A stretch of 63,729 bases of DNA, the filler included, from Chiloscyllium plagiosum (taxonomy: Eukaryota): assembly GCF_004010195.1 (NCBI RefSeq). It is 5 parts of one record of this genome, joined end to end, with 100 filler letters (N's around TTAATTAATTAA, not from the genome) between each part and the next. Parts side by side here need not be neighbours in the genome. Positions count along the whole stretch, not along the records: positions 1 to 26,193 come from NC_057717.1; positions 26,294 to 38,213 come from NC_057717.1; 3 more parts are not named here. The stretch is one strand, 5' to 3'. Made by a program: the position numbers and the translations under genes. Shown in pieces: positions 22,791 through 36,515 of the stretch. Under the pieces are notes generated by a model. It saw nothing but the letters and a program-made list of their open reading frames with translations, had not been told where the DNA came from and did no database searches. Within the stretch, counting starts at the first letter, position 1, and the number at the start of each line of letters is the position of its first letter.

Positions 22791-24869
22791 CTGTCCATCT
22801 TCCCTCCCACCTATCTGCTTCACCCTCCCCTCCGATGTATCATCTTTGCCCACACGTCCATCCAACGCTCGCACTCTCAGTTACCTTTCCCCAGCCCCAA
22901 CCCCTCCCATTTATCACTCCACCCTCATGGATCCCATTCTTATTGTTCATGAAAGGCTTTTGGACGAAATGTCGATTTTCCTGTCTTTGGTTGCTGCCTG
23001 AGCTGCTGTGCTTTTCCACCTCCACCTTCACGACTCTTACTTCCAGCATCTGCTATTTTTGGTTTCGCCTTGATAACGTCTCCACTCAGTGCCTGTCAAG
23101 GTCACAGATGTATGGAGTCCGGAAGGTAGGCCAGATGTCATCACCGTCAGTAATTTGTGTGGTATGCTTCTGACACTCCATGTCCACACATCTGCTCTCT
23201 GGGCCAGGGTCTGACTGAAAATGCATTTGTAAAGATTTGTTGCGAGCTAGTCAATGATGTCTAATTTGGACAGCATTTGTTCTTACAGAGAGACCATTGA
23301 TAGCCTGGTGGCTAGTTTCCACCCAGCCCAAGGTGGAGTCCAAATGATTTGTTATGAAATAATGCTTGAATGGCTGCCCTGAAACATGTGGTCGTGCTCT
23401 GGATACATTTAGGTGCAGGCCAGGATCTCACTAAGTGCCTCAGGCAGCTATGAGGTTCAGTAACACTCTGCCTGAATTCAGATCCTTTTAAATCTATTTT
23501 CAACGAAGCCTATGATTGCAAGGTGATGAGTTATGATCCAAGAAATAATCAGATATTTGCTATGTTTCATGAATTGCGCAAAAGTAAGATGTGGAGTATG
23601 ATTATTCAACCAAACAATAATTGGGTCATCTTTGAAACCAATTAGGTTGTTGTTATATTTATGGAACAAAAATACAAGCTCCTGTCAACATTTAATAACT
23701 CAAAAATAAAGAATGCACATTTTATTTTATTTCGAACAAACAATATGCTATCTGACTATAGACGTGATTACAATTACGTGCTCATTGTCGGTATTCAAAT
23801 AAATACATTATCACACCAACATTTGGAAAGTGCTTGGCATCTGACCGATTACATATTTAGATTGTGAAAATAATTGAACAATCATATAGAAAAAACGTTC
23901 TTATATATTTAAATAACAATCAGTTTAATTTCTCACTTCAATGTACGAGCTTCAGTTATTTACAAACAATTAAGAAATGACAATAATTCTACATGCGCTG
24001 TGAATATTAACTTAAATAAATGATTTGTGATATTACGTTGTAGTGAACAAAAGTTTGAAAGCTTGTACTTTTTTAAAAGAATGAATGTATTTGGTTAGTG
24101 ATAAAAATTATGAACATATTTCCGTATGAGAGAAAAGTCTAACATTTACAAATTGTTTTGTGCCAAAGCAAAGAAATATTTGTTTTAGTAATTGGGATAC
24201 AAGATTTAAAATATTTATATGCGGAGTAATAATTAGACTTCATCATCAAGCTGACATTGCAATACTTGCATTTTAAATGGTTATGCTGCAGCAAATATGA
24301 TCAGATATTTGCCAACATTTACAACAGGAAATAATCAGATGCTGATGTTGACTTGCGTCTGTACATGATAGATTACGGAACTTTAATGGACAGAAGGAGG
24401 TTATTGGGCCACTGTGTATGCATCAGCTCCGGAAAAGTCTCCCAAACTCCTCCCATTTGCCACCCGTTCTCTGCAGCCCATTACATTCGTAACTTAAAAA
24501 TATATATCCAGTTCCCTTTTGAATCTTCATTCACAAATTTCCCAATCAGAGCATTTTAAATTCGAACAAATATCTTATTAAAGAAGTTTTTCCTTGTGTC
24601 ACTTCTAGCTCTTGTGCGGACAATCTTGAAACTAGGACTCCAAGACGCTGTAATGCCAACGAACAGGAACAGATTATTCGTATTTTAAGCTGACATTTTT
24701 TCCATAATTTTGAGCACTGCAATAAGTTCACAGCTTTGTCCGTTCTGCTTAATGAAGAGTAACCCGAATTGTTCGCATCCTATCTTTAACCAGTTTGTTC
24801 ATTCAGTTGTCATTCCGATTATTTCTAAGGTTACTGGTGTACTTCTACAAAGTAATGCGATGTATGCTT

Positions 24870-25012
24870 GTCTGTGTGCCTGTGTCTGTGTGTGCATGTG
24901 TGTGTTCATGTGTGCATAAGTCTATCTGTGTGTGCACGTGTGCATGCGTATGTTGTGTGTGTGTGTGTGTGTGAGTGTGTGTGTGAGAGAGAGAAAGAGA
25001 GAGAGAGAGAGA
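24870..25012. repeat. (TG)n/(AG)n microsatellite
   Basis: Directly visible. Confidence 0.9.
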
Positions 25013-25029
25013 ACAATCCGCTGGAATGT

Positions 25030-26193
25030 CTGAATTACTCCCAGTGCCACGTGGAAAAGAGGTATTGATTAGGAATGTGATATAGTCTAATATGTGGTTA
25101 AAGACCTAGTACAGGGGTGAGAGTTTCAACTTTTGGATCATTAGGTTCTCTTCCAGGGCAAGTGAGAGCTTTCAAAAATGGACAGGTTGCATCTTAACTG
25201 GAGGAGCACCAATATCCTTGTGTGGCAGTTTGCTAGTGGAAATTGGGTGGATTTAAACTAATAAACCAGGAGGCTGGGAACCAAAGCAGCAGGTCAGAAA
25301 CTGAGCAGAAAGTAGAGGTGAATAGGACAGCAGGCTTGGCCAGTCTTATGACCATGATGAAGGATGCATCATGTCAGTTCAAAATGTGAGTTGGAGATTG
25401 GAATAAGTTATAGAGATGAGGCGCATAATTATCAGGATTAAACAAATAAGATTGGACAGTGTGGGTGATGTGAGGGAGTGAAGTGTGTGAGATCAGGAAG
25501 CTAGTGTACAAAAAGTATGAGAAGGGAAAGACAAACCAATCAAACGTATTTAAAAACTTTGTACCTAAAAGCAAAACGTATTTGGAAAAAAAATATTGAT
25601 GAGCTGACAATAGGTACAGAGATAAATATGTATGACCTGGTGCAGATTGCTGAATCATGGTTACAGGGAGATCAGGACTAGGCAGTGTCATGCCCAAGGG
25701 CACTCACTATTCTGGAACGTTAGACAAGGAGGAGCAATAGGTGGAATTGATGTATTGGTTAAGTATGATATCAAGGCTGCACTAGGAAATGATATTGGCA
25801 CGAGGGAACGACACGTAAATCAGTCCAGGCATAAACAAAAAGCAAGACAAGAAACCTCTTGGGAAAAGAAAAGTTTAGCCACTGTTCACCAGAAGCATTT
25901 CTGAGTTCGGAAATAATGACAGCTGTTGACAAGGGCAGAACATTGGAAGAACATGCATATTGACTCAATTAATCAACTTGGCAAAGGTAGCCTCGAAGAA
26001 CAATTCGTAGACTGTATGAAGGATAGTTTGTGAGAGCAGCATGTCATGGATTCAACCAGAGAACGGTTTACTTCAGATTTGATATTATGTGACATGGAAG
26101 GATTGATGAATAATCTTGCAGTTAAGGATCCTCTTGGACGCAGTGACCGCAACACGCTGTAGTTTCAAACTCAGATTGAATGTATAAGGACAA
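25030..26193 (+). mobile_element. Heavily decayed CR1 (ORF1 end / ORF2 endonuclease)
   Basis: Remnants such as GGATCATT..GACAGGTTGCATCTTAACTGG and CTTGGACGCAGTGACCGCAAC (LG.SDH-like). Confidence 0.55.
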
Positions 26194-26293
26194 NNNNNNN
26201 NNNNNNNNNNNNNNNNNNNNNNNNNNNNNNNNNNNNNTTAATTAATTAANNNNNNNNNNNNNNNNNNNNNNNNNNNNNNNNNNNNNNNNNNNN
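26194..26293. other. Artificial 100-bp spacer (44 N + TTAATTAATTAA + 44 N)
   Basis: Identical structure at 38214-38313, 47176-47275 and 62373-62472; the 12-mer puts stop codons in all six frames. Confidence 0.95.
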
Positions 26294-28399
26294 GATATAA
26301 GTTGGTCAAATGAACAACAAATATTGGTATATGGAGCACAGAATGGAAAATGTGTCTGTGTTCAAATATGTTGGAAGTTTAATGGAAATGTACGAATTAT
26401 TTAAATAGAGAGATTGGATTGAGGCACAGAGGAATCAGGCACCTGGATCACACAAAAAAGGTCGTGTACATCAAGGGTTTAGAGAGGCCAGACAAATGTT
26501 GAAACTTTTTTGAAACAAAATTCATTCAGAGGTAGGAATTTTTTTTTTACAGTTTTACAGGGTACTGGTGAGACCACATCGAAAGAGCTATGGCCATAAT
26601 GACAAGCGGAACAGTCCAGAGAAGATTCACTCAACTGACTCCTGTGAAGAATTGTATTTCAGGAGGAAATATTGACCAGACTGGCCCTGAATCTCCTGGA
26701 GTTTAGCTGGACAATATGTGATCGTGTTTAACCTCAGTATATTTCGAATAGTCTTTTTAAGTTGAATTCTGAAATAATATTTCAGTTTGTATGAGAGATT
26801 TCAATAAGTGGATGGAAAGTAAAACTAAAGAATATCTCACGTCACAAGATGTGGGTTGTTTCAGCCCTCTCAACGTGTTGTGTATTTGTGAAACTCTCTT
26901 CCCAGAGAGCGATGAAGGCTAGGACATTGAATATTCCTAAGGCAGAGGCAGGAAGATTCTTGACTAAGAATGACACACTAGCGTTGTAAGGGCAAAGAAG
27001 GAACACTTACGCCTGATGCTAGTTGCTACATTTTTGTTGTCTTCAGCTATCGAAAAATTAGGAGACCATTCTCATGAACCTGAAGACATTTCCTTTCAGA
27101 TGGATGGACACAACTTTCCAAATGTGTTCTTTTAAAAAAGTGAAAAACTCCTTTGAAACTGCTTTAGAAATTAGATAATATCGAATAGATGTCTTAATAG
27201 TGCAGCTTCCTTTCAGTTGTTGTTGTGAGGTGAGTTTCGTTAGCAAATCCACCGATCCCGTTGCCTTTGTTTAATTTCCACCCATAATGTGTTAGTGACT
27301 CCAGTGACCCGCGTGGTGCTGGAACACTAACATTTTTGTTTCAGAGAGAGTTACAGGATTCTGAACAAGTGACAGTGAAGAGACAGTGGTTTCGATTCAA
27401 GTCAGGATGCAATGTGACCTTGGAGACTATATTCTTCACCAATTGATGCTCACAAGCTATGGAAATGCTGAGACTATTTTCTGTTTTCAAGAATTAAAGT
27501 AATAGAGTCTTATGGCACACAAACAGGCCATTCAGCGCAACATGTCTACACCAATCAGAAAATACCAAACTGCATCAATGAAAGTTACCTCAAGGCGCAT
27601 GGCTGACTCTGCTCTGGCATTTTGTGCTCATTCAGCTGCTGATTAAATGCTGCATTAACTTGTGTTATGCATTGCCTGGGCTGTCAGTTGGCCTTTTATT
27701 TCAATGTATTCATGAAATGGTTTCTGCGAATGTGTCACACTCCTTCAAAGTCCGTAACAAGCTCATCAGATCAATAAACACGGTTACATTGTTCAATTAT
27801 TATTAGGAAATTGGATTTTTCAAAAATTCATTTGGGATTTTAATGGAGCTAGTCCAATATTAATTGCCGTTGAGAAGTTCCAGTCCATTTGGTGTTCGTC
27901 TATCCAAGTGGCTGTTGGGAGGGAGTACCAGCTGTACATCTCTTGTGCCAGTTTATCTGGGAGTAAGTATTACTGCTGGTGGACATAGTGTTAAAGAAGC
28001 CGCTGTGATGAACAGCTGACAGAAAAAACGCCGGAAAACTGACTCTTTGTCAAAGCGAATATGTGGCAAGGAATTTATTATTCTGCCGAGAAATAACAAC
28101 TTTGCAACTAGAAGTCTATATAACAATGAAGGAAAGTTTGCTTGTATGTCATTGGTGTCCTTAAACTAATGTTGTCAAACAGCTGGAATAATATTGGTGG
28201 GCTTATTGAACGAAACTTACACTGAGCATGTGAATTAGCTTGGATATTTTCAGAGATGGATGGGCTGTCCTTGGTTTAGTAACCTCTGATGCTCCATGGG
28301 ATGATGCCATTTTGTAATCTCCCCACTTACTGAGCACAGTTCGATGGGAAAAAGAACAACAATTACCATTGGGTGGTGCTTCACAATATGTCATGGAAT

Positions 28400-28920
28400 C
28401 GTATAATAAAGAAGATGCCTATCAAATCTGGCTCCATCAAGTGCTGACACAAGTGCTTTGACAAGGTTGTACGGTTTCTTTCATCAACCACCCTCACAGG
28501 CAATGCATTCCAGAAGCATATCACCCTCTGGGTTCAAAACAGATTTCACAAACCCTCACTCAATCTCTTGTCTTTCACTTTAAACATGTATCCCCTTGTA
28601 TTTAACCGTTTGACTAAGGGGAACGACTGCTGTCTTTTCACTCTGTCTATACCTCGCATGCTGTTATACACCTCTGTCAGATTCACACCATATCTTCTCT
28701 CCTCCAAAGTAAAGCAAAAGCAAATCTTCATGGTTTGAGTACTCTCTTGAGTTGCTTTTGTTTCAAAGTGCAGCATCTCACATATTGCAGTGTTAAGTTT
28801 TTCGGACATTGATCTGGCCATCTGAAGAATCCGGTTGTACCCTCCTGTAACCTAACATTTTCGTCCTCACTGTGAACGTCCGGAATAATAGTTGTGTTAT
28901 CCACAACATTGTTTATCATT
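28400..28920 (-). mobile_element. Decayed CR1 3' fragment
   Basis: FTLEERRYGVNLTEVYNSMRGIDRV...TRGYMFKVK. Confidence 0.75.
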
Positions 28921-30111
28921 CTCTATCCCCCACCCCTTCTCCCACATTCTTATCATCAACGTGCATGAATATCAGAAACAAAACTTGATTTTCTACCTGT
29001 TCTGCAGTCGTTGTTGCAGAGGAAGAATTGATAATTCCAGTCTATAGTTTTCCCTACTTTGGTGAATTTGCAGCATGGTGCAGGAGAGGGCTTTTATTAG
29101 GGAGCCACAAATAGTATTTTGGACATGGAACTGAATTCTGCTTTTATACTCCGCCCCTCTGCATGTATTCTTCATAAGGCTTGTACATCATTATTCTTGG
29201 ACTCGCTTTTGGCACTGTGCACTGCAACATTTCCATTTTATGTGGCCCTGCAGCTCATTCTTTATAACATTCGCTACAATCGCGTCAGAGCACAGATAAA
29301 CCTTTTTTTTTAATCTGCAGGACGGACGCAGGCTCATTCCTGAAGTTTGTCTGAAAGAACTAAGGTGATGAGGATAAAGATTACATTAAATTCTGCATTA
29401 TAAGCATGCAGTACAGGATCAAATTACATTCTCATTTCTACGTTGAATTGGAAGCAAATTCATAGAAAAAAAAACGCCCACCGTTCTGGATATTGTTTAG
29501 TGACATAAAATGACATAATGTTGAGTTAATGAATTTGGAGAGAAAAGAAAATGTCTGCACTTGATGGAGATACAGAAATGTAGAGTGGACGTACAATATG
29601 AACAAGAATCCTGTTCATTAAAGAAGTATGAGAAACATTTTCCGAATAATCAAAGGAAACCAGACCCCAATTTTCCTTAACAGTGATGTTTGATTGTCCA
29701 TCAATCTCAGTTTTCCAACTGCATGATATTGCCTGCCACAGATGGTCCTTCTGACACACCGCCTCCTCCCCTTCCTACTCTTTCCTTACCCACCTACTTC
29801 CTTTGCATTGCCACTTCTGCTGTGACAATATCCTTCCACTGACCATCTCCCTTCACACTATTTGCACTGTATATCACACCATTTCCCTATCACTCCCACT
29901 TTCCCTGACTCTCCCTTTCGTTTTTTGCTCTCTCACGAAATGCTGGAAATTGCGGACTTCTGTGCTTCTACATGTCATGAGTGAATGGTGCGTTTGAAAT
30001 TATCACTGCCCAACAGCAACAGAAAACAGCATGTTTGCCACTGTCTGATGAGCCATGAACAGGATGGCTTTGTTAACTATTAGTACAGAGAGGGGTTTCT
30101 TCCTGTCCCTC

Positions 30112-32029
30112 TATCACAACACTTAACCAAACAGCCTCATCACCAACAGGACAAACATCTTAGGACAGAATTGGAAGACAATGTATCAATTTTCTTTTGT
30201 ATATTGTGAGGATATTGTTCAACCAAACAGTATTCATGTCTTTTGCTCCTTGTTCTTTCAACTGATCTTCCAATATAGTTTGAGGTGAGATCAGAGAGAC
30301 TTCCCTTTCAATCGAAGTAGGACTAGACTAAGCGTGGAATCAAGGACCATGAGCAAAACTGTGATTAATGGGAATTCGAGAACATTCTGCACTGGGAATT
30401 GGAACAATGGAAAAATAATCTCTACAAGTTATCTTCCAAATTGCATGCCATCCTGACCAGCAACTAATTTGTGTTCCTTCACTACCAGTTGTTAAGATAT
30501 CTTGGAATGTGCCTACAAGCAGCTCTGTGTGTATGTGTCTCACTTGGACAGAAGCGATTCAAGTAGGCTGATCAATGTCGCCTTTTCCAGAGTGATTGTG
30601 TTTGACACGCAAATGCTAGTTCCATCCAAAACCTATGGATAACTATGCTCTGTATCAATATATCTTATATTTCCACAGTTTCATCTAAAGTTTCAGAAAT
30701 GTAAGACCTTGCTGAATTAGTATGACCCTAGTGACACCACGAGTATGATATGACATTGAGGTTATGATTGGGGCCTTAATTCAATTGGCTACTTAAAGAG
30801 GATTGATCATGTGATTCATGGTCACTGAATTCAACAGTGCTCCCTTTCATATCATAAAAATATCCACACTCCAAAACAAAAAGGGAAGTTGGAAGTGCTG
30901 GAAAACTTTAACAAGTCCAGCAGCATCTGAGCAGGAAGAGAATTAACGTTCTGAGACCAATATGACTTTTTCAGGACGGAGTCATGTTCTTCTCAATGTG
31001 TTAACTTTCTTTCACTCTCAAGATACTGACTCATCAGCTGTGTTTCACCAACATTTTCCACTTGTATTTGTATCACAACACTTAACCAAACAGCCTCATC
31101 ACCAACAGGACAAACATCTTAGGACAGAATTGGAAGACAATGTATCAATTTTCTTTTGTATATTGTGAGGATATTGTTCAACCAAACAGTATTCATGTCT
31201 TTTGCTCCTTGTTCTTTCAACTGATCTTCCAATATAGTTTGAGGTGAGATCAGAGAGACTTCCCTTTCAATCGAAGTAGGACTAGACTAAGCGTGGAATC
31301 AAGGACCATGAGCAAAACTGTGATTAATGGGAATTCGAGAACATTCTGCACTGGGAATTGGAACAATGGAAAAATAATCTCTACAAGTTATCTTCCAAAT
31401 TGCATGCCATCCTGACCAGCAACTAATTTGTGTTCCTTCACTACCAGTTGTTAAGATATCTTGGAATGTGCCTACAAGCAGCTCTGTGTGTATGTGTCTC
31501 ACTTGGACAGAAGCGATTCAAGTAGGCTGATCAATGTCGCCTTTTCCAGAGTGATTGTGTTTGACACGCAAATGCTAGTTCCATCCAAAACCTATGGATA
31601 ACTATGCTCTGTATCAATATATCTTATATTTCCACAGTTTCATCTAAAGTTTCAGAAATGTAAGACCTTGCTGAATTAGTATGACCCTAGTGACACCACG
31701 AACATGATATGACATTGAGGTTATGATTGGGGCCTTAATTCAATTGGCTACTTAAAGAGGATTGATCATGTGATTCATGGTCACTGAATTCAACAGTGCT
31801 CCCTTTCATATCAGAAAAATATCCACACTCCAAAACAAAAAGGGAAGTTGGAAGTGCTGAAAAACTTTAACAAGTCCAGCAGCATCTGAGCAGGAAGAGA
31901 ATCAACGTTCTGAGACCAATATGACTTTTTCAGGACGGAGTCATGTTCTTCTCAATGTGTTAACTCTCTTTCACTCTCAAGATACTGACTCATCAACTGT
32001 GTTTCACCAACATTTTCCACTTGTATTTG
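30112..32029. repeat. Near-perfect 959-bp tandem duplication (30112-31070 / 31071-32029)
   Basis: TATCACAACACTTAACC starts at 30112 and at 31071; only a handful of substitutions separate the copies. Confidence 0.95.
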
Positions 32030-32077
32030 AGATTTCAAAGTTCCATCGTATACGCTAGCACAGTGACATATTTGGGT

Positions 32078-32360
32078 GCGTGGCACGGTGGCTAAGTGGC
32101 TTTCTCGAAGCACCTGGGAACCAGCGCTCAATTCCACCCTTGGGCCACCGTATGTAATGAGCTTTCATATTCTTCCCGTGTCTGCAAGTGTTTCATCCAG
32201 GTGTTTCTGATTCCTCCCAAATGACCATGAAAAATTGTTCATTTGCAACTACTTGCTTTAACTATGGGACATAGAGGAATCGTGTAGGAGGTGGATCTGG
32301 GGGCAATGTTCTTCAGAGGTTCAGCGTCAGCTCGATGTGCCGAATGTTTTATTTTAACAA
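32078..32360 (+). mobile_element. Decayed HE1-type SINE
   Basis: Head GGCACGGTGGCTAAGTGG and a degraded core. Confidence 0.6.
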
Positions 32361-32519
32361 TTTACAATTTTATATCATTATTATAACAAAGGCGAGGGTT
32401 ACTGGGCTAACATCTCTGTATCAGCAAATGAGCTATATTTCTACTGATGCTGTTCCGTATTCTTTCCATGGTCCTGCACATTGTGTTATCCATGTCGTGG
32501 TTTTTAATTCTGAATGTTC

Positions 32520-34368
32520 TATGCATCAAAGAGCCAGGAGAGGACATGAGAAGTTGTTGGAAGATTGGGTCAAGGAAAACTCGAAGGATTCGATAACTAT
32601 ATCACGAATAAAAAGATGATTCGAGTAAGATTAGGGCCCATCAAGCGTAGTAGTGGGAAGTTGTGCTTGGAGTCAGAGGAGATAGGGAAAGCACTAAGTG
32701 AATGTTTTCATCAGTATTCACACTAGAAAATACCCAATGTTGTCGAGGAGAATCCTGAGATACAGGTCAGTAGACGAGATAGGATAAAAGTTCACAAGGT
32801 AGAGGTTTTAGCAATTCTGGAAAATGTAAAAATAGATAGCTCCCCTGTGATGAATGGGATTTATTCTAGGATTCTCTGGGAGCCATGGAGGAGATTGCAG
32901 TGCCTTTAGCTTTGGTCTTTATGTTGTCATTGTCTGCAGGAATAGTGCAGAATGCTGGAGGATAGCAAATGTTGTTACCTTGTTAAAGAAGGGGAGTAAA
33001 GTCTAATTCTCGACCAGTGAGCGATATTTTGGTTGTGGGTGAAGTGTTGAAATTGTTAAAGAGATAGGGTTTATACTCATCTGGAAAGGAATAATTTGAC
33101 TAACTATAGTCAACATGATTTGATGAAGGGTAGGTCGTGCCTCACAAACATTATTGAATTTTTTGAGAAGGTGACCAAACAGGTGGATGTGGGTAAAACG
33201 GTTGATGTAGTGTATATGACATTCAGTAAAGCGTTCGGGTAATGTTCCCCATGATAGGCTATTGTAAAAAATATGGAGGCATGGGGATTTAGGGTAATTT
33301 AGCGGTTTGGATCAGGAAGTGGCTAGCTGAAAGAAGACAGAGGGTGGTAGCTGATGGGAAATGTTCATCCTGGAGTTCATTTACTAGTGGTGTACCGCAA
33401 GGATCTGTTTTGGGCCCACTGCTGTTTTTGTCATTTTTATATACGATCTGGATGATGGCGTAGAAGAATGGGTTCGTAAATTTGCAGATGACACTAAGGT
33501 CGCTAGAGTTGTGGATCGTGCCAAACGATGTTGTGGGTTACAGCAGGACACAGATAATTTGGTGGATGGGCTGTGAGGTGGCAAATGGAATGCCATGCGG
33601 AACAATGTCAGGTGATTCCCTTTGGATGGAGCAAGATGAATGCAGAGTATTGGGCTCTTGGTAAAACTCTTGGTAGTGTAGATGAGTAGATATTCCTCAG
33701 TTTCCATGTACATAGATCCCTAAAAGTTGCTACCCAGTTTGATAGACGACGTATGGTGTGTTTGCTTTTATTGGTAGAGAGATTGAGTTTCGGAACCATT
33801 GGGTCATGTACAGTTGTAAAAAACAACCTGGTGCAGCCACACTTGGACTAATTGAATGCATTTCTGGTCACCTCATTCATAGAAAGATGTGGAATCTTTG
33901 GAAAGGGTTCAGAGGAGCTTTACTAGGTTGTTGCCTAGTATGGAGGTAAGGTCTTACGAGGAAAGGCTGAGAAACTTGAGGCTGTTTTCATTTGAGAGAA
34001 CGTTGAGAGGTGACTTAATTCAGACATATAATATAATCAGAGATTAGATTGGCTGGATAGCGAGAGCTTTTTTTCTTGGACGGTAATGGCTAGCACGAGG
34101 ATACGTAGCTTTAAATTGAAATGTTTTGGATACTGGACAGATGTCAGAGGTCGTTAATTTACTCAAAGGGTAGCGGGATGTGGAACGCACAACCTGCAAC
34201 AGAAGTTGACTCGCCAACTTTAAGGCCATTTAAGTGGTCATTGGATAGGCATATGGATGAAAAATGGAGTAGTGTAGGTTAGATGGGCTTCAGATTGGTT
34301 TCATAGGTCGGCGCAACATTGAGGGCAGAAGGGTCAGTACTACACTGTAGCGTACTATGTTCTATATG
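32520..34368 (+). mobile_element. CR1 ORF2 (RT through 3' tail), with multiple stops and frameshifts
   Basis: GRSCLTNIIEFFE, SGVPQGSVLGPLL, FADDTKV (TTTGCAGATGACACTAAGGTC at 33481), and a tail ending ATGTTCTAT. Confidence 0.92.
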
Positions 34369-35136
34369 TCCACAACCCTGTCGAACTGTATATCCACTGA
34401 TTAAATACTTATGTAGCATACTATTCTTTCCATTTGATATTGTCCTGTTCACATTCATCGAATGCATGTCGTGTGGAAACATGTCCTTGGAAGAGTAACC
34501 TATACAGACTCATTCTTCTCCCCCCGATATTGACCCCTCACTAATGTGCCGAACCTACATATCGGTGAATATAATGAGAAGATTAGCTTGGCCAATTCAC
34601 CTCATCTTCACATCATTGAACTGTGGGATGAAATGCGCACAGACCTGGAGAGAATATGCAAACTCCACACAGAGAAACGCCTGAGGTTGGAATCGAACCA
34701 GACCACGAGCACTGTGAAAGTGTAGCGCTAATCCCTGACCCACAGAGCAACATCATCAATCAGCATTCTATCTCAGTTTCATTGCTCTGCTTTGCATTTC
34801 ATTCTGTCTGCCAGAAAGCGTGATGGTGATTGGGGAATTATCGTTGTATTCCCCTCAAATCGCCACAACATCTGCTCCAATTCCTTTCTGTCTCCTAACT
34901 AATGTTATTTTCATTCGTCCCTGGCTCATTAATCCATGGGTTTTAACTAACAAGGTCTTTGTACATGGCATTTTTTTTTTCTAGGACTGAAGTAAAAAAA
35001 TGTAAATCTCACTGTTTTAAAGCGAATAAAACAGCAATAAGATGCTTGTCGATTAAAAAAAAACCTGAAGCGCAACTTGTGTGTTGACATTACAACGTTG
35101 CCTTCAGACAGCAGTCAGAGTCATGTCCGGACCTAC

Positions 35137-35713
35137 ATAGAACATAGAACATAGAACAATACAGCACAGAACAGGCCCTTCAGCCCACGATGTTGTGCCG
35201 AACATTTGTCCTAGCTTAAGCACCCATCCATGTACCTATCCAATTGCCGCTTAAAGGTCACCAATGATTCTGACTCTACCACTCCCACGGGCAGCGCATT
35301 CCATGCCCCCACCACTCTCTGGGTAAAGAACCCACCCCTGACATCTCCCCTATACCTTCCACCCTTCACCTTAAATTTATGTCCCCTTGTAACACTCTGT
35401 TGTACCCGGGGGAGAAAACTCTGACTGTCTACTCTATCTATTCCTCTGATCATCTTATAAACCTCTATCAAGTCACCCCTCATCTTTCGTCGTTCCAACG
35501 AGAAAAGGCCTAGCACTCTCAACCTATCCTCGTACGACCTATTCTCCATCCCAGGCAACATCCTGGTAAATCTTCTCTGCACCCACTCCAAAGCTTACAC
35601 ATCTTTCCTAAAGTGAGGCGACCAGAACTGCACACAGTACTCCAAATGTGGCCTAACCAAAGTCCTCTACAGCGGCAACATCACTTCACGACTCTTGAAT
35701 TCAATCCCTCTGC
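35137..35713 (-). mobile_element. Young 5'-truncated CR1 with (CATAGAA)n tail
   Basis: Open ORF2 C-terminus ERVQ-like WVQRRFTRMLPGMENRSYEDRLRVLGLFSLERRKMRGDLIEVYKMIRG...FFTQRVVGAWNALP. Confidence 0.93.
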
Positions 35714-36298
35714 TATCCAAGCTTCCTCTGTAAGGCCAGCGCAACTCTGTCCAGGGACAATCTTTTGGTTGGCCGTTTTTCTAGCGGAAGAGAGAACAAT
35801 ATAATAACAACAACTTGATTGTGTGATTTTTGGGGCTGCAAGCAATTACAATATTGTACATGAACAACACAGCAAAATCATCTAAACTGTGAAAAGAAAA
35901 CATCCATCAGTTTCCCCCCACCCCTACCTCGGCACTGACTTCACTAGTGATTGGAGATGAGACTAATACCTAGTGATGTCGACATCCAATCCACTCCCGT
36001 TGTTAATGTGAGCTGAAAATGTTGTAGTGAAAGGTGTTAACTGGAACTGTTTGTTCAGCAACTGTGATTGATGTCAGTCTCCATGAACTCTAACTGTATC
36101 AATAGAGGATTTCTCTCTCATTAGTAAGGGACTTCCTTCGGTGCTTTATCCCATGTTAGCAGCAGAGACATCACCTCCAACACTAACGGAGTCAGGAGCT
36201 ACAGAGACAGGGAGAGGAGATATCAGAATCTGAGAACAATAGATTGAAATGTTCCAGTACTGGATAACCTGAGAACATTAGACTGGAATGTTACAAGA

Positions 36299-36515
36299 AT
36301 GGATCAGAATGTAAGAACATTAGACTGGAATATTCCAATAATCGATCAGAATCTGAGAACAATAGACTGGAATGCTACAACAATGCACAGGGGTTTATCC
36401 GATGGTCTTTTCATGTTTTCCTGGTCTGGGTCAACATTATCATTGCAAATATTCAGTGTACTAATGATTATTCAGGCAGGTTATTATCCCTCCCTCGATA
36501 TTTTTGGTGTTCCTG
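36299..36515 (+). pseudogene. GPR139/GPR142-like orphan GPCR first exon with a broken splice donor (probable pseudogene)
   Basis: MDQNVRTLDWN...LSLQIFSVLMIIQAGYYPSLDIFGVP. The YYP.L..(F/I)GVP motif at a phase-1 exon end matches, from recall, the expanded shark GPR139-like family. The expected G|GTAAGT donor reads G|ATAAGT (36516-36521). Confidence 0.62.
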
